Below are positions 16,307-24,601 of a stretch of DNA of 64,000 nucleotides, piece after piece. Source of the stretch: a virus. The notes beneath the pieces are model-generated. The model was not told the origin of the DNA and did not search any database. It worked only from the letters and a program-made list of their open reading frames with translations. The position numbers and the translations under genes are program-made. Each line of letters begins with the position of its first letter. Position 1 is the stretch's first letter. Where the stretch lies: the IMG/VR virus record IMGVR_UViG_3300044911_002321, positions 6,388-70,387 of that record. One strand, given 5' to 3'.

Positions 16307-17455
16307 ATGGCAGTCGTAACGGGAAATGTCACCGATGAGGAGTACGGTACTCGCCGTGGCCAAGGTGCACGCAGGGGCGGTAGGGTAAATGACCAAGATT
16401 TTCTTGCTAAATATATTGAAAGACCAGCACAAAGTGTAAGAGCAGCTTATGATGCAGTTGTTCGTGGTCTTTCAACACCTTCTGTCGCTACTGCCGCGGC
16501 GGCTGCTACTCCTGCTGCTGCCGCATTGACTCCAGATACTGGTGCAGCAGAGCAAGTAAGTGTAATCCTAGATAAAAATGGGAATCCTATCGTAATCAAT
16601 CCTTCTTCAACTCCTAGCCAAGTAGTTAATACGGCTACAAACGTAACTCCTTCGCCATCAGCTACACCACCTAGCAGTGGCGGTGGTGGCACTCCACCTC
16701 CTACTACTGGCGGCGGTACTCCACCGGCTGATGACACACCAAACCCTAATCAACGCGGTGGTCTTTTAGCAAGCACCAGCGATTTACTTGGCGGTGCTTT
16801 AAAAGAAGGTGATCCGATCAAACGAAATATTGGACGACTTGGTTACTTAGCACCTGCTGTTGCCGCTTTCCAGGATTACACCGAAGGCAATAACCCATAT
16901 GCTGTCGGCGGTGGTGCCGCTGCAGGTTTAGGTGTTACTGCATTAACACGTGCGGCGGGTCGTTCTGTTGGCGGTGGTAAGGGTGCAGTTCTGCAAATGG
17001 TTGCACCACTCCTTGGCTTAGGAACACAACAGTTAACAACTGCAGCCATCCAAAAGGATCGTCAACGGAAAACCGGTGAAGGAGATCCTAGTGCTTTCTC
17101 TACACAGTTAGGTCGCTTAGAGCAACTGCGTAAGATTGGTAACGAAGGCCAAATCCAAATGATGAATGCAGAACGTGCAGGAGTCAAAGACATTTATGGC
17201 TACATGGTTGATAAAGACCGAGAAAATTTACAAGCAATGGCGCCGCTGATTGAACGACAACGTGACAATCAAGCTGTTCGTGAGCAGCAAATCATGAATA
17301 CCATGGGTCAAAACTTTGCAATGCTTGGTAGCATGGCAACAACGGGTAAATTAGCCCTTGGGGCACAAACCCAAGCAGGTGCGAATCTCCGTGCATTTAT
17401 GACTGCTGCTCCTTACTCTGGTTCAGTCCTTCAAGCTCCCAACATTACTTTCTAA
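16307..17455 (+). CDS. Hypothetical protein, putative internal virion protein
   Basis: 382 aa, Gly/Ala/Pro/Thr-rich. Confidence 0.75.
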   Translation: MAVVTGNVTDEEYGTRRGQGARRGGRVNDQDFLAKYIERPAQSVRAAYDAVVRGLSTPSVATAAAAATPAAAALTPDTGAAEQVSVILDKNGNPIVINPSSTPSQVVNTATNVTPSPSATPPSSGGGGTPPPTTGGGTPPADDTPNPNQRGGLLASTSDLLGGALKEGDPIKRNIGRLGYLAPAVAAFQDYTEGNNPYAVGGGAAAGLGVTALTRAAGRSVGGGKGAVLQMVAPLLGLGTQQLTTAAIQKDRQRKTGEGDPSAFSTQLGRLEQLRKIGNEGQIQMMNAERAGVKDIYGYMVDKDRENLQAMAPLIERQRDNQAVREQQIMNTMGQNFAMLGSMATTGKLALGAQTQAGANLRAFMTAAPYSGSVLQAPNITF

Positions 17456-17467
17456 TAGGTACTGATT

Positions 17468-17965
17468 ATGTTAGGCGCACTTAGTGGATTATTCGGAGGA
17501 GGAGGAGGCCAAGGTGGGTTCATGAGCCAACCTTATGGCGATTGGCGCACTACTTCAGGAGAAGGCAGCGGGAATCCAAATCTCGCTGGTAGGTATTCAG
17601 ACATTGTCAAAGAGTATCAAGATCTGTATAGAACCAATGCTCCAATTGATCCAAAAGATCCAATGTCTGTGGCAACGAATCTGATTAAAGACCAACAAAT
17701 GCATATATCGCTTTCCCAGGATCCTCGCATTGTTGGTATGCAAGCACAAGCTTATGTTGATCCAATGAATCAACTAGCGGACAAAGCATCTGAGCGTGGC
17801 GCAAAAGGTCGTATCTTTGCCCTACAGGAAAAGTTGCCTTATCTTTATGCTGAAGCGATGGCACGTAAGTTTGACTTCATCAATCCTGTAATTGCAGAAA
17901 TGCGAGCCAATAGAACCAAACGGTTCCAAGATTCCGGCGGCAGTATACTTAAATTTAACGTCTGA
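17468..17965 (+). CDS. Hypothetical protein
   Basis: 165 aa ORF. Confidence 0.7.
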   Translation: MLGALSGLFGGGGGQGGFMSQPYGDWRTTSGEGSGNPNLAGRYSDIVKEYQDLYRTNAPIDPKDPMSVATNLIKDQQMHISLSQDPRIVGMQAQAYVDPMNQLADKASERGAKGRIFALQEKLPYLYAEAMARKFDFINPVIAEMRANRTKRFQDSGGSILKFNV

Positions 17966-17975
17966 GGAAAATACA

Positions 17976-18491
17976 ATGTTCCCTGGTGCTTTTAATTTAC
18001 CCGCCGGTTCATTTGGTAATTATTCCGGAGTTGATCTTAATAACCCAATGTATAAATTCCCTGATCCAGGGAGTGTTAAATTTGATCCTTCTGTCTATAC
18101 TGCTGATCTTCCCGCAGGTTCTTTCGGTTCGTTTCCTAGCGTAGATGGATCTGCTGCTGGAAAAGCTGCGTTTGGTGGAGCTACTCCAGGGGGCGGATTA
18201 TCTTGGGGCGCTGTACAAAGCCTTGGTAACTTGGCCAATATGGGTATCCAAGCGTTTGGTAATCAACAAGGAACTACAGCAGGTAAAAACTATCTTGACT
18301 TCATGGCAGACATGCGGGATGCCAACTTTGGTTCCGATTTAATTGAACGTAATATAGGCATTGCCGATACAGCTAGAATTACAGATCTTGTTGCAAATAT
18401 GCGTGCAAATAATCCAAACTTACGACAAGAAACCCGAATGATGAATGTACCGAAATTAGCCGGCAGGCTTAGCGGTTTCTTAAATACTTAA
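17976..18491 (+). CDS. Hypothetical protein
   Basis: Start moved to ATG 17976 after GAGGA. Confidence 0.7.
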   Translation: MFPGAFNLPAGSFGNYSGVDLNNPMYKFPDPGSVKFDPSVYTADLPAGSFGSFPSVDGSAAGKAAFGGATPGGGLSWGAVQSLGNLANMGIQAFGNQQGTTAGKNYLDFMADMRDANFGSDLIERNIGIADTARITDLVANMRANNPNLRQETRMMNVPKLAGRLSGFLNT

Positions 18492-18533
18492 ACATAAACA
18501 CCTTAAAATAGTGAGAAAGAGAGCATAGTCATT

Positions 18534-19202
18534 ATGGCGTTTAACATCGGGGGAGCTGGTAGTGGCGTTATGCAAGGTGCTTCGGCAGGCATGTCGATCG
18601 GTGGTCCTTGGGGTGCAGCAGCAGGCGCCTTATTTGGTGGTCTTACAGGCGGTTTTGGCGGCGGTGGCGATGCTCTTGAATACGGTTTGACTCCAAGGGA
18701 AAAAGAACTTCAGGACTATGCGTTTGATCAAGTAAAAGCTTCTCCTCTTGAAAAACGTAAAACTATTAGTAAAGCTAAACAATATTTAGCAGATGGTGAT
18801 CGAGGATCGTTTGAATCATATCTTGAAGGACTTGCAGGTCGCTACACCAACCCTGAGTTTATTGACAAACGCTTAGCCAAAAGCTACAGAAAACCTATTG
18901 ATTATTACGGTGATAGCTACCAAGCTACCGCAAAAGGTTTATTTGGTACACAAGGCATTGGGTTTACACCTGCTGAGTACGACAGTTTTGTAGATCAAGC
19001 TAAAGCACAAAAAGTAAGGAGTGCCGCAGCATTTGGTGACCTACTGAAATCTAATATGATTGCCAGTGGTAAAGTAATGTCAGAAGATCAACAGAGGCTT
19101 GCTAATATCTTTGGAAAAGCAGAAAGAGATGCCTCTGGTACACTAACAGGTAGATACGGCGACATCTCAAACAGTATTCTATCCAAATACGTAAGAGCAT
19201 AA
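18534..19202 (+). CDS. Putative ejection/pilot-like protein
   Basis: N-terminal GPWGAAAGALFGGLTGG glycine zipper. Confidence 0.6.
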   Translation: MAFNIGGAGSGVMQGASAGMSIGGPWGAAAGALFGGLTGGFGGGGDALEYGLTPREKELQDYAFDQVKASPLEKRKTISKAKQYLADGDRGSFESYLEGLAGRYTNPEFIDKRLAKSYRKPIDYYGDSYQATAKGLFGTQGIGFTPAEYDSFVDQAKAQKVRSAAAFGDLLKSNMIASGKVMSEDQQRLANIFGKAERDASGTLTGRYGDISNSILSKYVRA

Positions 19203-19214
19203 GGAGTTTTAATC

Positions 19215-20153
19215 ATGTCACAAAAAGGAAATAAGGGTAAAGACAACGCTCCCAACAAGAGTGTCAACACTCCAAGGAAGGATAGTCCTTCCAATCAAAC
19301 CAACAATACTCCAAAAAAAGACAATACTCCTAGCAGGACTGACAATACTTCAAGGAAAGATAGTACTCCTGACAAAGGTAAGAATGCAGCAGTTGCCTCA
19401 AAAACATACAAAGAAAAAGAAAAAGATAAAGCAAAAGTTCCGTCTGTGATGATAGAAGGAACGCGATATGACGCGCCAAATAAGCAAATCACACCAAAAA
19501 TCTTTAAAGAAATTGTTGCTGCAAACCCAACTATTTCCCTGCCAGACTTAAGGGACGATATAAAAGATAAAGGAAGAACGCTTACACCAAAGGCCAAAGA
19601 TTATTTTACTAAATTTAAAGACACTTTAAATCAATCCACGGCGGCCAGTAGCAATGCAGGTGACGCTAATGAAGAGGTATCATTAGATTACGATGACGAT
19701 GGCAACGTAAATGCACCCCGTGGAGCTGATCCATTTGAATGGCAAGCTTACGGTAATATCGCACTTGGAGAGCTTCAAAAAGAAACTTCAGTAGAAAGTG
19801 AAGCAGTTCGAGGGAAGTATTTAGCAGAAGTTGCCAGGATCCAAAGAGGACAAAGTGACTATGCACAAGATGCAGAGACAAAACGTTCTTTTTATTCGGA
19901 CGACAGTGAAGAGCGCTGGCGTAAATTTGCCAGTACTGCCGACAAAGAAAAGGCTATTGAAGTACAAAAAATTGTTGCAGCCGGTTTAAGAGATGTGGCT
20001 GAGATTGAAGGTAGTTATGGTCTTAAAGGAATTCAAGCAAAAGGTGAAGCAGATAAAGCAGTTATGGGTATTAGGGCTCAAGCAGATAAGGATATTTCTC
20101 GAATGGATAACACTTCAAGAATGTATAGCCTGCTGGGCTTAGCCTTTGGTTAA
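19215..20153 (+). CDS. Hypothetical protein
   Basis: 312 aa; AGGAG RBS; N-terminal DNTP repeats. Confidence 0.75.
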   Translation: MSQKGNKGKDNAPNKSVNTPRKDSPSNQTNNTPKKDNTPSRTDNTSRKDSTPDKGKNAAVASKTYKEKEKDKAKVPSVMIEGTRYDAPNKQITPKIFKEIVAANPTISLPDLRDDIKDKGRTLTPKAKDYFTKFKDTLNQSTAASSNAGDANEEVSLDYDDDGNVNAPRGADPFEWQAYGNIALGELQKETSVESEAVRGKYLAEVARIQRGQSDYAQDAETKRSFYSDDSEERWRKFASTADKEKAIEVQKIVAAGLRDVAEIEGSYGLKGIQAKGEADKAVMGIRAQADKDISRMDNTSRMYSLLGLAFG

Positions 20154-20197
20154 GTCTGTTTATAATAATTAGATACCTACACATTGGGTTATAAAGA

Positions 20198-20377
20198 ATG
20201 ACCAACGCTCTTACCGATACCGGTACTGACAACGCCACTAATTTTGACCTCAGTAACTTTGAGAAGCTCCTTGAGCGTCTCGAGGCATCGAAAGGTCGTC
20301 AACAGCGCCAGAAGTCTGTGGAAGGTCGCCGTGACATCTTCCAACAGGGTCTCGCTAGCATGATGTCTAACTTCTGA
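20198..20377 (+). CDS. Small hypothetical protein (59 aa, below track cut-off)
   Basis: Hand translation MTNALTDTG...GLASMMSNF; TATAAT upstream; fills the intergenic gap. Confidence 0.7.
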   Translation: MTNALTDTGTDNATNFDLSNFEKLLERLEASKGRQQRQKSVEGRRDIFQQGLASMMSNF

Positions 20378-20397
20378 TCTTGAGGCAACTATAAGCC

Positions 20398-20652
20398 ATG
20401 ACAACGTTGCCTCCCGGCCAGGTCAATAAAACAACTGAGGACGACCCGTTTGATATTGACAAATATCGACAGGCCGCTGAAGTGGCTTATAGTTTCTCCA
20501 AGAAAAAATTAGAAGATGCTGGAACCCAAGAACGCGAAACCATCGGTAAAGGTGCGTCAGAACAACGCACCTCTGCAGAGCAAGCCCAGCAATTCAAAGA
20601 CACAGAAGAAGCCCGAGACTACAACCAGGCGCAACGAGGCTATCGATATTGA
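20398..20652 (+). CDS. Hypothetical protein
   Basis: 84 aa ORF. Confidence 0.65.
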   Translation: MTTLPPGQVNKTTEDDPFDIDKYRQAAEVAYSFSKKKLEDAGTQERETIGKGASEQRTSAEQAQQFKDTEEARDYNQAQRGYRY

Positions 20653-21142
20653 GTTATTTGACCAATGGGTCGATAACTTAACATCCTCAGATCAAGATGC
20701 GTTTTGTAGTTTTGCCGAGGAAACTTTCTCGGTAATTGAATGCTATCTGTATGCCAGGTTCCTTGGCTATGGCGGTAGTATTTCTGCGTGTGATCTATGG
20801 GTTAAATCTCATTACAAAAAGCCTGATCATCGCAAGAAACTCCTCTATGAAATTGAGGAGATGCAAGAAGATATCCGCAAGCTACGAGAAGACGTAGATA
20901 ACGGTGTCGTTAAACGTGATGCTGGCGTGGCACGTATCGCTGGTATGCAGAAAGAATTGCGCGGCACCATTGCACAGATAGAACTATTTACATCTAGCCG
21001 TGATCGCAAAGGATTGCTAATGGCTGGTGCAGATCGTGCTCTACGTGAATTGCAGATTATCTTCAAGGATGACCCAATTGAAATCCCCTTGGAAGAAGCA
21101 TCCATGAGTATTTGGGCCAAAATGCAATACGAAGACAGTTAA
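20516..21142 (+). CDS. Hypothetical helical protein, candidate terminase small subunit
   Basis: Coiled-coil protein shortly upstream of TerL; function is a positional inference only. Confidence 0.5.
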   Translation: MLEPKNAKPSVKVRQNNAPLQSKPSNSKTQKKPETTTRRNEAIDIELFDQWVDNLTSSDQDAFCSFAEETFSVIECYLYARFLGYGGSISACDLWVKSHYKKPDHRKKLLYEIEEMQEDIRKLREDVDNGVVKRDAGVARIAGMQKELRGTIAQIELFTSSRDRKGLLMAGADRALRELQIIFKDDPIEIPLEEASMSIWAKMQYEDS

Positions 21143-21156
21143 GTTAAAATACACAT

Positions 21157-21558
21157 ATGATGAACTCACCACAATCAAATGCAACTCCTGGTCAAGCACC
21201 AGGAACTGACGCCATGCTTGCGGGTAGTCTTGGCGCCGCTGTGCAAAAATTACAAGAGAATCGCAATCGTTTTGGTGGGCGACGTGAATTACAAGGAGCA
21301 CCCATTGGTGGGGAAGCTAAAAGTCCTGCAGCGCAAGGCGCCAAAGTATTGAGTGCAGTTGCAGAAACACGTAATGAACAGTATGGAAACCAACCGCCGA
21401 CAGCTCCCACAAATCCTGGCGCACCTCAAGGAACGGGAAGCCCGCAACCAGGACAACAGCCCAATGTCGGACAAAGACAAGCACCAAGCAGCACTGGAAA
21501 AGGCACGCCAGTACCAAGCACAGAAGAAGAAAAACAAAAACGCCAACGAATGAAGTAG
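21157..21558 (+). CDS. Hypothetical protein; overlaps a nested ORF 21374-21553 in another frame
   Basis: 133 aa; TAAAAT upstream. Confidence 0.55.
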   Translation: MMNSPQSNATPGQAPGTDAMLAGSLGAAVQKLQENRNRFGGRRELQGAPIGGEAKSPAAQGAKVLSAVAETRNEQYGNQPPTAPTNPGAPQGTGSPQPGQQPNVGQRQAPSSTGKGTPVPSTEEEKQKRQRMK

Positions 21559-21585
21559 TATTCAGTTACTAGCTGATTACTTATT

Positions 21586-23112
21586 GTGCCTGCATATCAA
21601 CATCTTGCATATCGACGTAACGCGCAAGCTGCTGCACGTAGGCAACAAATTCGTGTACCACGTAATCTTGAGTCTCTAAAGAAAGCAAGAGAAGACTTTG
21701 GATACTTTTGTGATTACGTAGCCGATAAACCTCCTGCACAGCATCATAAAGAATGGCATCGTCATTTTGTTACAGGCGAAGATAGTGCGTGTCTTTTAAA
21801 AATTGCAGGACCAAATGTTGATCTTCTGGCACCACGTGGATCTGCTAAGTCCACAATCTTAGGTTTGTTCACGGCATGGGCTATTGGTCTTCATACACAA
21901 GCCAAGAAGCCACTACAAATTCTTTATCTCTCCTATACGGTTGACATTGCACGCTCTAAGTCGGCAACTATTAAACGCATCATTGAAAGCAAACGATACC
22001 AAGAAGTATTTCCAACTGTACGTCTTCTCAAGAACGTAACCAGTAATGAGTACTGGTCAATTGACCACAAGTTCGCTGGCATTGATACCACAGGTGAAGA
22101 ACAATTTACACTCTGTGCCGCAGGTCTTAAAGGCTCAGTGACCTCCAAGCGTTCGCACCTTGTGATCATTGATGACGCCATTAAATCTGCCGCAGACATT
22201 TCCAACCCTGACATTCGTAAACAGATGCAGGACAACTGGAATGCTGTGATTGCACCCACTATGTTTGAAGGAGCCAGGGCTATCTGCCTTGGTACTCGCT
22301 TCCGACATGATGACATTCATGCAACAACATTTAACACACAAAACAACTGGCTTCAGATTGTGTTATCTGCAATTCTTACTGATCCCAAAACGGGAGAAGA
22401 AGTTTCATATTGGCCAGACATGTGGTCACTTGATTACTTAAAAGAAAAGAAACGACAAGCACCAATTGCCTTCTCGTTCCAGTACATGAATCAAGTTGTC
22501 AGACAAAACGAATTGTCCTTGGCACCAGAGCTGATTGTTAAAGCGGAGATTGCAACTGAATTTGATTGTCTTGCTGTAGGCGTTGACCTATCTGCGGGCA
22601 CCAAAGAGAAGAATGACTACACTGTCATGACGCTTGCAGGTCGGATTGGAGATCGAATTCATGTTATTGATTACCGTCGATTGCGTGTGATGGGTAATCT
22701 TGAAAAACTAGATGCTCTTAAGGAACTCCTCAATGATTGGAATATTGTGGGTCAAGATGAAAATGGTAATTACTACCCAACGTATTCAACATGCGACATC
22801 TATTCAGAAGCGGTTCAGTACCAGGCTTCTTTGGAGGCCGACTTTAAACGTGTATGCTTAACTAATGAAGGGCTTTATAACTTAAATTGGCACCCTGTCA
22901 AAGGATTCCGAGCTGATAAACTAGCACGCTTCCGTGGATGCATGGGGTTGTTTGAGGACCGCAAATTGATTTTTAATCGTTATCGCAACTTTACTGCAAT
23001 GTTTGAAGAGCTGACTAATTTTGGTGTTAGTAGCCATGATGATTGCGTTGACAGCTTGGTTTGGGTCATCAATGGGCTAATGCGAAAAGGTCGCCTGCAC
23101 GTTGATTACTGA
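21586..23112 (+). CDS. terL: Terminase large subunit
   Basis: Walker A APRGSAKST, Walker B LVIIDD, nuclease motifs GVDL and HDDCVDS. Confidence 0.93.
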   Translation: MPAYQHLAYRRNAQAAARRQQIRVPRNLESLKKAREDFGYFCDYVADKPPAQHHKEWHRHFVTGEDSACLLKIAGPNVDLLAPRGSAKSTILGLFTAWAIGLHTQAKKPLQILYLSYTVDIARSKSATIKRIIESKRYQEVFPTVRLLKNVTSNEYWSIDHKFAGIDTTGEEQFTLCAAGLKGSVTSKRSHLVIIDDAIKSAADISNPDIRKQMQDNWNAVIAPTMFEGARAICLGTRFRHDDIHATTFNTQNNWLQIVLSAILTDPKTGEEVSYWPDMWSLDYLKEKKRQAPIAFSFQYMNQVVRQNELSLAPELIVKAEIATEFDCLAVGVDLSAGTKEKNDYTVMTLAGRIGDRIHVIDYRRLRVMGNLEKLDALKELLNDWNIVGQDENGNYYPTYSTCDIYSEAVQYQASLEADFKRVCLTNEGLYNLNWHPVKGFRADKLARFRGCMGLFEDRKLIFNRYRNFTAMFEELTNFGVSSHDDCVDSLVWVINGLMRKGRLHVDY

Positions 23113-23135
23113 TTTGTTAAAATAAATTTTTTACA

Positions 23136-23603
23136 GTGAAGCGTTTAAATCCAAGCACTGGCCGCCCTTGGGAATATGGAGAAGTTTCCTCAGAGGGTAA
23201 GGTTTTTATTCAACACAGATGCAAAGAGCCTTTAACCAAAGATGGGTTTTATCGTGTCAACTGGGCTACACCAGAAAAATGGGAAGAAAGAAAAATCTAT
23301 ACGCTAAAAACTTCTAGCGCCCGTCGCAAACAAAACTTAGAATTAGTACAGGCAGAGAAAGTAAAACGTGGCTGTGCTTGCTGCGGATACAACAAAGACG
23401 CCTGCGCATTAGATTTTGACCATTTAGATCCAGATAAGAAAAATGCAGGTGTTGGGCGTATGATGACACACAGTTTTTCTAAAATCCTGGAGGAGATTGA
23501 AAAATGCCAAATACTTTGCGCAAATTGCCATCGTATCAAAACACATAACCCCGAAAAATTTACCACTATGTGTAATGCAAAACAAGTTGAACTAAAAGAG
23601 TAA
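23136..23603 (+). CDS. HNH homing endonuclease
   Basis: CACCG...LDFDH...KCQILCANCHRIKTH. Confidence 0.85.
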   Translation: MKRLNPSTGRPWEYGEVSSEGKVFIQHRCKEPLTKDGFYRVNWATPEKWEERKIYTLKTSSARRKQNLELVQAEKVKRGCACCGYNKDACALDFDHLDPDKKNAGVGRMMTHSFSKILEEIEKCQILCANCHRIKTHNPEKFTTMCNAKQVELKE

Positions 23604-23647
23604 ACTTGATTACTAAACCTTAGAATTAGAAAAAAGCGAATTTGGTC

Positions 23648-23944
23648 GTGGGGCCTGAATATATTGCTATTGGTTTAACGGCCGTTGTATCCGCTATTAC
23701 CGGTGGCAGTTGGGTCGCAGGTAAAATCCTTGGAAGACAAAACGACCAGATCCAACAAGCTTTTAATTACATCGGCTCGCAGAAACGAAGGATTGACGTT
23801 TTGGAAGACGACTTAAAACGCATGCCTTTAGATTACGTGCTTAAGGTAGACTTCCTAAGAGAAATCCAGCAAATGCATGATAATTTCAATCAAATCAACA
23901 ATAAGCTTGATAAGCTAATGGAGAAATTGCTCGAATCAAAATGA
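23648..23944 (+). CDS. Membrane-anchored coiled-coil protein
   Basis: N-terminal TM segment followed by a coiled coil. Confidence 0.65.
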   Translation: MGPEYIAIGLTAVVSAITGGSWVAGKILGRQNDQIQQAFNYIGSQKRRIDVLEDDLKRMPLDYVLKVDFLREIQQMHDNFNQINNKLDKLMEKLLESK

Positions 23945-24123
23945 GTTACATTCTTGAAGTTCAAGAGGATGAGAACGGAGACCAGTACATTACATTTCCC
24001 GACGAAGTAGTCGAAGAGCTTGGCTGGCAAGAAGGCGACGTCCTTAATTGGGATGTACGTGGCACCGGCATTATCATTACCAAAGTTAATGATGCCGCTG
24101 GCTACGAAGTTATAGAAGAGTAG
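23941..24123 (+). CDS. AbrB/MazE-like DNA-binding protein
   Basis: GDQYITFPDEVVEELGWQEGDVL. Confidence 0.7.
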   Translation: MSYILEVQEDENGDQYITFPDEVVEELGWQEGDVLNWDVRGTGIIITKVNDAAGYEVIEE

Positions 24124-24152
24124 AATAGTCCCAATAGCAGAAAGTATTTAGA

Positions 24153-24566
24153 GTGGAAAGGTATCTTCCGCAACCGGGTGGTCTTTACGGTTCCCAAGTT
24201 GGCAATCCCCTTGGAGTAATGGCCGCAAGTCCTTTTGATCCTCGTTTTCAAATTCCGGGTGCAAAGAATAAGGACAAGCCCATTCTTCCCGGTGAGAATC
24301 GCAAGAACATTGATGACGTGTATGGCCCAGGGCAGCCGCAGCCAATGCCAGGAGCCCCAGGATTCCCTCAGCTTCCGATGGCAGGTAGTCCGTTTGGTTC
24401 CAGTAATCTTTACGGCTCTATGGCGCAGATGGGTGGACGCTATGACCCAAGTGCTCCAGGGAATGGTGCGGCGATGAGCAATCTTCCCAATGGTGCTAAT
24501 GCAGCCAACGCAACGTTTTATCGGGGAACACTCCCTGCTGGGTTTTCAAATATGACGGTTTCTTGA
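24153..24566 (+). CDS. Hypothetical Gly/Pro-rich protein
   Basis: 137 aa; TAGAAT upstream. Confidence 0.6.
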   Translation: MERYLPQPGGLYGSQVGNPLGVMAASPFDPRFQIPGAKNKDKPILPGENRKNIDDVYGPGQPQPMPGAPGFPQLPMAGSPFGSSNLYGSMAQMGGRYDPSAPGNGAAMSNLPNGANAANATFYRGTLPAGFSNMTVS

Positions 24567-24601
24567 AACCTGCTAGTATTACTCAATAACCAAAGCAAAT
24601 A

